Shown here: piece by piece, positions 47,353-59,754 of the stretch | Numbering within the stretch: the stretch's first letter is position 1 | How the letters are laid out: each line of letters opens with the position of its first letter | Origin: Callorhinchus milii | Taxonomy: Eukaryota | Assembly: GCF_018977255.1 (NCBI RefSeq) | Contig: NW_024704743.1 | Coordinates: 90,398,001-90,462,000, forward strand | DNA length: 64,000 nucleotides | Reading direction: 5' to 3' | Notes under the pieces: generated by a model | Database searches by the model: none | Seen by the model: only the letters and a program-made list of their open reading frames with translations | Told to the model about the DNA's origin: nothing | Position numbers and translations under genes: made by a program

Positions 47353-50300
47353 TTCCTTAATACCTATTATATAAAAAGCCTTTTTTGTAACATTGATGTG
47401 TTCAACATATTCCACTGGACATTTGTGATATTATGTAAAATACAGCCCAAAATTCAACTTGTGCAAAAAGATATCCAACTGCCCAGGAGACTATGAGGCT
47501 GTTTGTCTTTCAGTTTTACCAGTTCAGAGTCTGCACTTCTGAATGCCATCAATAACTTCCTTTGAGCTGCCAACATTCATATAGTATTGTCCTAGCCTCT
47601 AGTGTTTTTTTCCTTTCCAAAGCAGACAAGAGAAGGGAGTTTCTCACGGTGTCCTGGTTCACATGCTCCCAAATAAAATTAGTCATGACTGTTTGTGGGA
47701 CATTGCTGTGTGCAAATTGGCTGCAACATTTACCCAGAAAATACAGTCTTACCACTTTACAGTATATCCTGTTGAAGTGCTTTGAGACGTTTCCATGACT
47801 TGATAAGGCATAATACCAAATGCAAGGATCATTATATTTCAAATATTGGAAAACAAAAGGTGAATATACATTGACTAGAGTATACATCTTGCTAATAAAG
47901 AACTAAGTTTTATGAACCAAGTCTTATAAAGAACTATATGAATTAAATTCCTTCAAAGATAAAACGGTATGTTTGAGTGTTTTCATGTTCCTGGTGGACA
48001 GTGCTGGCTGCAAACTTCCAAATACTTACACTGCAGTGGAGTTTGTAGAAATGCAGAGATAATTCTCAAAGACTGCTGGCTCTGATGCAGAATAATAAAG
48101 TACAGTATGCAATCTATTACATATCAATAATTAGCTGGATGCCCACATTCAAGTTTTAACTTTTAAAACAACTTGGGTCGCATTCTTTTTTTGTTGAAAA
48201 AGTATTTTATTATTATCAGAAAGCACGTCATCAGTAAAACAATCAAAGACCGAGGTTACAGAGTTGTGAACAGAAATTCAAACTTGTGCAAAAGAAGTCA
48301 CAGGCCACCCCCACTAAGAAAAAAACACTCATTTATTAAAATACAAAATATATATATATATAGCAGCAGCACTCCTACCCCCACCCCAGAAATATATCTG
48401 AAGCAAACGATAAATAAATCATCAGGGATATGCCACTGTCCAGTCCCTTTTCATACTATTTAACTGCTCATTTCAGAGCACGTTTGAATGGAAGAACCTC
48501 AGTAATTAGCATTGCTACACAATTATGTACACAAAGTAACTGTTATGCCAACATGGGTTCATTCTAGTGTCTCCATTCCAATGCATATTACTTGTGTGTA
48601 AAAAAAAGTCAAAACATTACATACTGTAACTTCTTCCCCCTCCCAGAGAACACTTCAGCTCCCTTTCGGTTAAATGCAAGTTTATAATTCATCTGTACGG
48701 AAAATAGAACTTTACTGAGCTTCAGTCTCTTTTAAAAATGTCAAAACAAATTTAGTTTAATTGCTAAATGAACATGAAAGTTATTTCAGGGGTATTTTCC
48801 TTCTGAATGAGCTCAAGCCTTCCTAAAACCGGGCTCCGATTTGAGTAGTTGATCATCTTAACTGAATCAATACATGCGTTGCTATTGGCACTTGCTGCAG
48901 CCTGAATTTAACATTGAGAATATTACTGACGAGTAAAAGATATCCCAAATCAGGTGCCATATTGATTGATCAATAACTTTCTCTTTTGAAATGTAGATTA
49001 AGACTCTCATTTAAATGCCAGGACTGTTCAGTTTCTGAGCAGAGCAATTTGCTTGACATTTATCCCCAAACATACATTGCTTCTATTCTCTTCGTGCCCC
49101 TGATGCAATGCAGTTTGTAGGAAACAAATTAGTTGTATTTAGCTCAAAGCAACCGAAATGGTCCCAGAAATGTGTAATTTGTTGCACATTTTTAATGTTA
49201 ATCAAGCAGAGAGATGGCAGAATTTTGGAGTCATCAGGATCAGATGTAATGTAAAGCTCCCTTTATTCTGATCCTAAAGTGTAGCTCAAAGCCAATCATA
49301 GCACAGCAAGTACAACTCCATCTGTGGGTGTCTCTTTTCCTATTCCAGTTTGCCACATCAGGACCATACTTATAGTCTCCCCATTATGCCATTAGTTGTG
49401 GGAAACAAGAACTTGAACAATTGGTGTACCAACAGAAATGGCCCGAATAGAAAACAGAGAAGTTGACTTTGACATTTTGCAAAAATGACATGTTCCAGGC
49501 TTCGTCTCCGACTGCACTTTCCTGCATCATGTCTAATGATTAAAAAAAAACTGGGGGCAGTTAAAGTCAAGTCAGAACCAGGCAACAAACTGGGTCACTG
49601 CTAGCCTGATGGATCCCAAACCTCTTCTGCACTGCTGCTCTAGAGGTTTATAATCAGCACTTATTTGGAATATAACCATAAAATTAGAGCTATAATAGAG
49701 AACAAGAAATATTTCATCAAACACGGGGTTGTGGAAATAAGGGACCAAAGAGGCAGAATAATAGGGATTTTTAAAAGAGAAATTGATAGGTGTTTGGCAA
49801 GTATGAACACAGAACAAAGGTGGGTAAGTAGTTTTAAAAGATCTAACGTAATAAACGGCTAAGCAGGCCTGAGGGGCTAAAAGGCCTCCTTCCGCTCCTA
49901 CAGCAGCTTTTCAGTAGGTTGAGAATAAAAAATCATTACTTTTAAAACAATGCAATGTAACAGAAGTCATGCACACACATTCTGGTTTATGGCACAATAG
50001 TGCACACACATTCTGATACTTGGCAAACTGGCAAAAAGATTCATGGCATTCAAATGTGCATATTTGCTTACTTTTTTAAATGAAAATGACCATGCCATTG
50101 TTTTGAGATATAGGCCGTTGGATATTCAGAATTTCAGAAGCCACACATGTTGCTTTTACTCTCATGCTGGTCAAACAATCCCCGAGGTTAACCAGAGGAG
50201 CTTTGTCTGCACGAGAGCAAGACTTGTAAGCTGTAGCTGCAGCTAAAATCTGAGTATGAGCAAGTCCACAGATTTTGGGCCAAATTATGGACAGCCTTGG

Positions 50301-50421
50301 CCATAAGATACTGGGTGGAGAATATTCACACAGGATCCTTAGAGGCAAGAAACAGAGGAGACTTCCAATAATCTGGTGCACTCAAAACCATATCCAAAAG
50401 GAGAAAACGGCTAAGCCCTTG

Positions 50422-50980
50422 TGTTAGAATATGATATATGTAATGAAATGCTTTAAGACAGGGCTGCATAAAATTGTAAACGTTAAGTTGTTAATCTTGT
50501 TTATATGAATCAAAATGGCGGATAACACCATTTTGTACTCAAACCATCCCTCAGCATCTGTTAATAACATAAGTTGTTTTTGTCTGGTTAAGAAGAAATG
50601 GTCAACATGAAATGTTGAAGTAAGACAACCATTGGCCTTGGGAGGATAGAAGCTGTTTTGTAGTCAAAACACCCGGTTCTTGGATAAACAGAAGTAACAG
50701 CACGCTTGACTCTTTGCGCAACTGTGAAAGGCCTACGTGCCCGATAATTGATTGGATGAACAAAAAGGTATAAAGTTGGAAGGTTATTGACATAAAGCAG
50801 TAGATTTGGCAGGAAACCCAGGCACACAGAGGCGGAGGGCCAAAGCACGCTGACTGCTCCAGAACCGGAGAGTATATTTTTATGTATTCTTGCTGTGCTT
50901 ATATTTGAATAAACTGAGTTAGCCACAAAACTTTATTGTCTGGTCTTTTGACTCGAACACTGGGAGTTGAGATCCCAACA
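50422..50980 (+). mobile_element. Probable solo LTR (~560 bp)
   Basis: Ends TGTT...AACA flanked by CTTG/CTTA (4-bp TSD, one mismatch); internal ATTGG, TATAAA (50769) and AATAAA (50908) in U3-R-U5 order. Confidence 0.65.
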
Positions 50981-52152
50981 CTTACCCGCATATGGAGTGG
51001 AACTAACATATCTGTTGATCTCTAAGCTCATCCTCAATCAACAAATTGCACACAATTTATTATAAAAACGCGAGCTCAATTTATAGTTGCACAACAGAAA
51101 CACCAACCTGTTAACACGAGACATGAATGCACATGCCATAAGCATTAGTGTAAAAAATCACGCCAAATTAGGAAAAGAAATATTCATTCAAGTTGTTCAC
51201 CAAATAGCTTTAGCACATATTAAATACTAACTACAATAAAGTTACCAACGATACATTTGAGAATACTTAAAACTGCTCCTTGTCATAGCACTCCAGATCC
51301 AAAAAACATTTGAAGGCTTGCATTCAAATCACATTTTTAGTGCTATTCACTAAACATACCCTTAAAGGTAGCCTCAAAACCTGTGCAAGAGCTTAAGGTA
51401 TATACAGCCATCAATCCTTTTTCTAATTTCTTTAGGATTTTGCTTTCAGTACTGACTAGTTGGGCCGATTGGCCTGTTTCTGTGCTATTTCCCTCTATGC
51501 AGCTCTGTGACATTGCTAAACCAGAATAAAAGGCCGCGATGTAGAGGGAGAAAATACTAAAATTTAAAACAACAAACGTAGCCCTTTAGTGTCATTGCAG
51601 CTAAGTAAAGAGGAAAATCAAGTAGTTATCACTTAGTTCAGTGTTCTCTGAATCCAACAATTGTGTACATTAACTGGTTTATTCAGTGTTTCTATCACAG
51701 GGAACAAATCTCTTAACTCACAGCAGTTCAGTAATGAGGAGCAGGAACCCGTTCTACATCACACACTTTAACCAAATGTGTGCAGAATGCTGAGATCTGG
51801 TGTTAAGTTTTTTTTAAATTATAATGAAATATCCAGTGGTATGCAATTAGCACTTTAACATAAAGCAAATGCTAAATTCAGAAACCAATCTATGTATTTT
51901 AAAAATACAACATGGTTGTTTGCTGATTATCCTTAAAACAACAGGAAAACATTAAATGATCAAAGAGCTGGTTTAGGCCAAGTGGAAGATCTTTTTGGAA
52001 CAAGATGAAGTGCGGTCTGGTTACTACTGTAAAACTTGCAGTCTGATCTGTATAAATCGTATAATCGCCTAATTCATACATCTGCACAGGTACCATTCAA
52101 GAGTTTATATTCTATGCAAGTTTGACAAAATTCATACTTTGCATACGTCATA

Positions 52153-52766
52153 ACAACAACAACAATTTGGATTTATATAGTGCCCTCCATGCTGGACGGC
52201 GTCTCAGAGCGCTTCACAGTAATGGATCCTGGGGCCGATCCAGGGGGAGGGGGAGGAAGGTGACCAAAGGCGCGGTCGAAAAGAAAGGTCTTTAGCTGAG
52301 ACCTGAAAATAGAAAGAGAGGGGGTGAGGCAAAGGGCGTGAGGAAGGGAGTTCCAAAGCGAAGTGGCTGAAAGCACGGCCGCCGATGGTGGAGCGGAGGA
52401 TTCGGGGGACAAGAAGGAGGCCAGACCCGGTGGAGCAAAGGCAATGGGCACTGTTGTGAGGAGAGAGGAAGTCAGAGAGGTAGGGGGGTGCAGAGGAGTG
52501 GTGGGATTTGAAAACAAGAGTGAGGATCTTGAAGTCGATCCTCTCTGGGACAGGCAGCCAGTGCAGTCTGGCAAGGACTGGGGTTATCGGGGAGCGGAGT
52601 TTGATGCGGGTAAGAATGCGGGCGGCAGAATTCTGGATGACCTGGATTTTATGAATGGTAGAGGAGGGGAGACCGGCGAGGAGGGCATTTGAATAGTCCA
52701 GCCGAGAGGTGACAAAGGCAAGGATCAGGATTTCAGCGGCTTTTGAGGTGAGATATTGGCGGAGAT
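52153..52766 (-). mobile_element. L2 LINE 3' fragment, second subfamily
   Basis: LWNSLPHALCLTPSLSIFRSQLKTFLF; tail GAGACGCCGTCCAGCATGGAGGGCACTATATAAATCC then (TTG)n. Confidence 0.88.
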
Positions 52767-53205
52767 TAAATGTATGGTCCCAATTTATGTAAATACAGTT
52801 TTGGAAATAACCTGAAAAGACTTACGCAAAGGTTTAGATGAACCAGTGGGATTTGATCAATTTTAAACAGGCATCATTACAGCATATGTAGAGCTTTAGA
52901 CCACACTGGAATGATGATTAGTCACAACAGCAAAGACAAAATGTATAAAGAGAAGAGCGTGTCAGCACAAGATTCTAAAGCAATACTTGTATGGTCCTGG
53001 GGTGGGGAGGGTAATGCTACAAGTGTTTGTTGCCAGTCAAGGTAATATTAGTCACATTCACAACTAACTTCCTGACCTAATGCCTATGAATTAGTCAGAG
53101 TCTCAGAGGAAAATGCAGTAGTTAAAGAATAAATGCAAGCATTTTGCTTGAACAAACCAAGCATTTGGTTTCGGTAAAACATTCTCTTTTTTTGAAAAAT
53201 AAGAC

Positions 53206-53515
53206 AATAATAATCCTTGCATTTGATATAGCGCTTTTCATGTCTTCAAGACATCTCAAAGCACTTCACAGAATATACTGTGACGTGAATTGACTGTATT
53301 TTTGTAGGCGAAATGCGGCCACCAATTGCACACAACAGTGTCCCACAAACAGTCGTGGATTGAAGTGACCAATTTTATTATTGCTTTTTTTCTTGAGGGA
53401 CTATTATCAGGCGTGTGGAGTAAGGAAACTTGCCCAAGGTTTCATCCTGCCGGGAATCAAACCACGCCTCTCACTCGCAAGGCGAGTGCTCTAACCACTG
53501 AGCCTCAAGGCTCCT
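53206..53515 (-). mobile_element. tRNA-headed SINE, short form, full length
   Basis: Reverse complement of head GGAGCCTTGAGGCTCAGTGGTTAGAGC, body and tail. Confidence 0.88.
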
Positions 53516-55785
53516 AAATGGTCAACAAATAGTATTCTACAGGATAATGATATTGGTATTCTCACCATCCATAAACAGAAGACCAGAGCATTACAAGATC
53601 AAGGCTGCCACAGTATACAAGTCAACTCTCACACACACTTAACATCCTTTTCTATCACCATTAAGGAGGCACAAATGGTAGAACTTGTGCCTGTTTAGCA
53701 TCTGAATTTGCAGATGGATATATAAAGCCCAGAAAGCAAATGAGTTGTTTAAGAAAAAGTAGACACAAGAGTTAAAAATAAAGGTCAAAGACAGCAAAGG
53801 GTGCATTTTTATAGGGATGAGGGAAGAACTACTGTAAATAAATTGGAAGGATAAGTTTTACAAAGAAAACTGTAGATCAACAATGAGAGATTTTCAATTG
53901 TCAGATGGGAAATGCAGGAAAGGTAAATACCCTTCTAAATCAAAGGTTGAGTTCAAAACTGGAGTGTTATGGGATTAATAATGAAGGGTTACAATACAGG
54001 TAGCAGTGGTCTGATGTCTCTTCGATGCCGAACATTTCAGTTTCTGTGTTTCTAGGTAGTTATTGGTGATTTTGTTTAAGCAATATGACTTGGTTTACAC
54101 TTACATCAGGTCTGCAATAAATTGTATGCAAATCTCAAAGCAGATGTTGAAAATTAAAAGGGACAGAAAAATCTGAAATGGAAACAGATAATTCTGGAAA
54201 TTCACGGCAGGTCAGTTAGCATCTGAAATAATGTTTCAGAAATTTCAGCAGGATTGCTAGACTGGGGAAAGGCTCATGTGTTAAATGAGAGTCAGCTGAT
54301 TGTTCCAGTTCTGATAGAGGATCAAATCTGAAACGTTAACCTTCTTTTCTCTTTCACCTGCCAGTTGACACATTGTGGACTTCCAGCATTTGCTTTCATT
54401 GGCACAACACATGTGTATCACGTAAGTAAGTTGCTCTTGGATACTCTCTGAGCATTTTACAACACACACTACCGCTTTATGATTCTGTATGAGAAAAGCA
54501 ATTCCATAACAACCAAAACTAGCAACAATTCGGAGAGTTACTGCGATGTGGAATGCCCTGCCAAGTAAGGTGGTAGAGGTATCATGGGGTTCAAGAGGGA
54601 AGTGGACAAGTATATGGAGGATAGAGGCTTGAAGGTGTATGAGGATAAGACAAGGCAGTGGGATTGAATGAACACCTTGTTCTGAGAGTTATGAAGACTT
54701 GGTGGGTCAAATGGCCTCCTTCTTTGCTGTAAAACTTTGGAACACGCTATCAATCCCTCAGCCTTCCCCTTCCTTCCCCATTTTCAGATCACAACTGGTT
54801 GCGATCAACTCCCCCCTGACCCCCACCTCCCCAGACAGCTCGGTGTCAGGCTCCACCACAGTTCCAAGATGTTACCCCGCATAAATGGAGCTATGTAAAT
54901 CAAGTTGTTATTGTAAAATTTCTACGATTCTAACAAGACCAGATTACAGCAGATAGCAGATAGCAGACACAATTGTGCTGTGGTGCTCTAAAAATTGTGC
55001 TCCGGCTATCATAGTCTCCAAGCATTGACTATCGTTAGGAGCAACAGTGATTAATACGGATTGTAAACCAAAGAGCACAGCACCAGTAAAAAGAAAATGC
55101 TGAAGCCAAATACCTCATAGGCTGTTGAAAACTAGATATTCTACTAAATTTGAAGCATTCTAGCATATAACCCTTTCTCAGAGAACTGAAGCAATTCTGC
55201 CTTCCCTCTTCACTTTTTTATAATACACTTAACAAACTGCCTAGAGATCATCCACTCCTTCATGAAACAATATTGACATTTTGCCCACGGGTTTCTACCG
55301 ATCTCCACAACCAGATGTATTCAATGTATAATATTCTGTACCAGCCGAATGAATTTCAAAATGCTAAAACAAATTCCTACCCTTCCGATCCCATTTGTCC
55401 TGGAAAAAATGCATTCAAACCAAAGCGTAGCAAAAAGCCCCATGTCCTCCACTTCAACCTATTCCGTTCTTTAGGTACAAATAACACACGAGCCACCGTA
55501 TTCGACCATAATATCTGTAACAGCAGAGAATGCTAGGGAGGCACACGGAAACCCATTCTGTAACAATACCTGTGGACGGAGGAGGTGCTGATCAGAAAAA
55601 AAAAACAATAGTCCTTTCCAGTCTTGCACGCTCCTTTGCTCCTACCACAAACAAGAAACATTTCAAGGCATGTCAGAGGTTTTATAAATTGCGAAACTTT
55701 TAAACCCCTGAATTAGCACTGTCCACTAAGCCCTAAAATAAATCAACTAAAAACATGTCAGTTGATTCGTATAAACTACTTTAGA

Positions 55786-55791
55786 TTTAAT
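55786..55791 (-). terminator. Candidate proximal FZD6 polyadenylation signal
   Basis: ATTAAA on minus strand ~450 nt after the stop, followed by a U-rich tract (TGTTTTTAGTTGATTTATTTT). Confidence 0.4.
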
Positions 55792-56236
55792 AGAAAAATA
55801 TACCACATAAGAACGCTTCTGTCCTTCCTTTGCAATATACAAAGATAAGGCTGAGTTCATATTTCCACCTTATAAACAGCAGTGTACAACTCGACTACAA
55901 AATGGCACAACATCAAAGAAAGAAGACAATAGCTTCTTTTAAAATTGTGCCGAGAAATTTACAAAAATGATTACACTCGTCCATTTACCAATATACAGTA
56001 GTTCAGACATCTGGCTTTCCCTTTATATTAAAACCAAAGTTCAAACCATTAAAAATGGTCTTATTTTAGTGTATTTAAATTGCTTTTTAGAAATTGAAAA
56101 AAAAGTAGCTTTAAATCCAAAGTACAGAGAGTTTGGATACAACTCATGTCCTTTGCATTAAAAATTCTTTACAAGAGCAACTCCCCTCTGCCCCCTTCCT
56201 GGTAGGTTTTAAATCTGATCCACTTCAGGGATTGAA

Positions 56237-56396
56237 TTACTTGTTTTCTGGGTCTTGAACATTTCTCAGATCTGGTGTTGGATGCACGAGGAGGGAAGTA
56301 GAGCCCTTAGTGCTGCTGGTGCGGGAATAGTTGGGAATGAGGTGACGGCCACTCAGGAGAGTGTGTTCCTCAATGAAGTCACCTCTTGGTGTCAAT
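56237..56396 (-). CDS. FZD6: FZD6 last coding exon
   Basis: LTPRGDFIEEHTLLSGRHLIPNYSRTSSTKGSTSLLVHPTPDLRNVQDPENK-stop; KGSTSLLVHP matches FZD6; TAG acceptor, phase consistent. Confidence 0.9.
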
Positions 56397-56673
56397 CTAC
56401 ATTGGACAAAAACAAAAGCACAGTAACAATTAAATCCACACGCAGACTACAATAAGAATATCAGACACCGCTTCACATTGAGGTCTCGGGAAGAACATGA
56501 TTCGTAACTTGCGCAATCATTTCCTAACTCAAAGACCTTCTGTAAATGTTTAACAATGTAATGGATAAAATTCATTCCCACCAAATAAATTGAAGGCAGC
56601 CATTCTTTGGCACACTTATCTTGGATGTAGTTTGCTGCAAGTGCAAAACGCAGAAAAAAGCATTTGTTTTTAC

Positions 56674-57117
56674 CGGCCATCTGCGACCCGCTGGATGCTA
56701 TTGGACTGGTTGCTTATTCGGCCGGATGTGCTTCCACCCTTACTTCTTTTCTCCAGATCAGCAGGCAGCCCTCGCCCCTGCAAACTAAGGGTTGCTTGTT
56801 CCTGAGTAGAGATGTCCAATACAGAAGGATTATTGGGTAAGAGAGTACGGTGTTCACTGATCTTATGGGTGGGGGCTTCAAGGAAAGGTTTAGCTTCCGA
56901 AAATGTCTCTTGGCTGAAGGATTCGTGATTAGACGTAGGTAGGGTTGATGTGTCGTGGTTGGCCATGCCAGTCGTCGAGGTCCCCATGGACTTGGAGATG
57001 ACTTTCAGCTTGTGGGAACTTGACTTGTAGTGTTTCTTTTTGTGTTGCACTTTAGAATTGTGTTTCAAGAAAAACTCACAAGACTCCTGTAGCACTCTCC
57101 GGCTTTCACTTATAGGG
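56674..57117 (-). CDS. FZD6: FZD6 cytoplasmic-tail exon
   Basis: [48 protein letters not shown]...ADG(R), FZD6-specific tail; CAG acceptor, GTAAAA donor; 444 bp. Confidence 0.95.
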
Positions 57118-57508
57118 CTGAGGGGGGGAAAAAAGAAAACGCAGTAAGAGTAGTTTTGATTGAAGCCAATCACTGAAGTTGAAATTTCAACATTTCCAAT
57201 GCAGATACTTAACACAGCATTAGTTTTATATTTAAATCCCCTTTTTTCTCTCCACAGCCCCCCACCCCCATGAACTCTATTTCTTGATCTCTATCTGCGA
57301 GGCAGTGAGAACACACTCCAATTCCATCGCCAAGCAACCTGTGGAGGAACCCACATCTCTGACACAGATCCTGCTCATAGCAATGACTTGATGCACCAAA
57401 TGACCTCCACCAGTGTAAAGGCAACCAGAGTCCCTATCATTTCACTATTGCTAGCCAGCCCTGTCCAACTCAAGCACATTTAATGAAGTTAAAAAAAACT
57501 GCCCTTAC

Positions 57509-57657
57509 TCTCTCTTGCGAGCTTTATGAAAGAAGTTGGCCCACTCGGAACACGTCTTTCTACTGCCAACCCAGAAGACTGCCGGGATCCCGACGATTAG
57601 TGTCATCAAATACTTCATCATAAACAGAGACAAGTCAGGCCTGGTCAGAGTTTTTAC
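57509..57657 (-). CDS. FZD6: FZD6 exon encoding TM7 and the KTxxxW motif
   Basis: [52 protein letters not shown] acceptor, GTAAGG donor; 149 bp. Confidence 0.96.
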
Positions 57658-58049
57658 CTGGAACATACAAAAATACAATTACTGGATCTCAATAGAGAAT
57701 AGAGATGGGGAGGGGAGAAAGAAGAAAATACAAAGACAGATTAATAAAGTACCGAAAAACAAACCAGCCACATGTATTTTAGCCAAGGTGAATAGCACAG
57801 GTAACCAGTGTTGCAAAGTGCAATACCTAAGATAAATTATTGGAGAGTGCAACACGGTGAATGACAATTAACTTTCAAAGACTACAGATGCTAGCGCTGA
57901 GACATTCCTTTTGCTCTTAAGTGCAGCAATTTTGACAAAGTGCCATTACAGGATTCTCACACTATCAGAACCCAGCATCAATGTCACTTCTGTCAGCAGT
58001 GAGAAGGGTTCCAGGGTTAAGAGGGAAAACAGCAAATGAAAATCATAGA

Positions 58050-58480
58050 ACTTCTCAGTACAGAAGGAAGCTATTTGGTTCATTGTGCCTTTCCCTGCTC
58101 CCTGTAAACAGTGTTTAGTTCCACTCCCCAGCCTTCTTCCATACCCTTTTATACTATTCTTTTCAGAAGTTTGTCCAATTCCATATAACATTTATTGTGG
58201 ATTCTGTTTCAGCCATCATTTTTGGAGTAGGGCATTACATATCCTAATAATCATCCGTTTAAAATAATTTTCCTAACCAACCTTTTGTGTTTTTGATATT
58301 GATCTTAAATTAATGCCTTCTATTTATCAACTCACCAATCAATGGAAATGGCTTCTCCAAATTTACCTTATCAAAACCCTTCATCATTTTGAACATCTTT
58401 ACCAGGTCACTTGTCAACTTGTTTTGTTCTATTGAAAAGAACTGTATTGTCTCTAGTTTCTTACAACTAAACCCTCCCAC
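58050..58480 (-). mobile_element. Old CR1 LINE 3' fragment
   Basis: Remnant DLVKMFKMMKGFDKV motif and CR1-type 3' UTR; boundaries approximate. Confidence 0.7.
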
Positions 58481-59034
58481 CCCGGTACCATCCTCTGAAC
58501 TCTCTCTACAGTCTTCACATTTTTGGCAATGTAAGATGTTCAAAACTAGAAACGATACCCCACACCCTAAATAATGACAGATTTTTTCTTTCACATTCTA
58601 AGTTAACCCTGCTAGGAATTATTGTCAACATACAGAATAACCTTAAGGGTCCCAAATGTCCTTAGTTATAGATGAGGAAGAATACTATAAAAGGATCTGG
58701 GTAAAGAACAGGTGTACGTTATTGGAGTTGAGAGCTCCAGTGGGGTTGCTAACACTAACAGTCATGATGGATTGAATGGTCTCCTGTGATGTGAGGTTTC
58801 CATTATTTCAACACGATGTAAAGAGCACATAGTTTACAGCCCATCTCCAAGAGCTGCATCTGGAATGTGTCCTTGGAGTATGTGCAATAGCTTTATGGGG
58901 TTTAAGACTGGAGAGGGGAAAGAGCTAAGCTCCTCTTCAGTCTGTGATACAATAACGTTTAAAAATGTTCAGTTATATAAAAAAAAGTTAAAAATGAGTC
59001 AGAAAATCAGTACGTGGAGTATTTTTCAGACATA

Positions 59035-59750
59035 CAACAACAACAAGATTCCATTTATAAAGCGCCTTTCACGTCAGGAGGACGTCCCAAGGCGCTGCAC
59101 AGTTGGGTCATGACCCGAGCAGGGGGGAAATGGTGAGGGGAGGGAAGGGAGGGAGCGAGGAGGGGGAAGAGAGTCGAGAGGGGAGCTGAAGGCACGGTCA
59201 AAGAGAAAGGTCTTGAGACCGGCCTTGAAGGAGGAAAGGGAGGAAGCGGCGAAGGCACTGGGGGATGGAGTTCCAGAGCCTGGGGGCTGAGAGGCTGAAG
59301 GCCCGACCACCGATGGTAGGGCGGTTGGGGCGGGGGACGTGGAGCAGACCGGAGCCGGAGGAACGGAGGGTACGGGCAGGTAGGTAGGGGGATAGTAGGT
59401 TGGAGAGGTAGGAAGGAGCAAGGCCGTGAATGGCATTATAGGTGAGGATGAGGATCTCAATAATATCTCAATCCTCAATAAGTACCATATAATGAATTCG
59501 ATCCTCTGGGGGATGGGGAGCCAGTGGAGGCGAGCGAGGGTGGGAGTGATGTGGTCCCGAAGCCTGGTGCGGGACAGTACACGAGCTGCAGAGTTCTGAT
59601 AAATTAACAACAAATTAACCCCACAAACAGATGACCTGCAGCTTGTGGAGGGAGGTGCCGGGAAGGCCGGCGAGGAGAGAGTTCCCATAGTCCAGCCTTG
59701 AGGTGACAAAGGCGTGAACCAGGGTTTCAGCAGCGTGAGGGGTGAGGTAA
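59035..59750 (-). mobile_element. L2 LINE 3' fragment (young subfamily) with two small insertions
   Basis: Nearly identical to 8334-8990 apart from inserts at ~59458-59492 and ~59600-59630. Confidence 0.93.
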
Positions 59751-59754
59751 TGGT

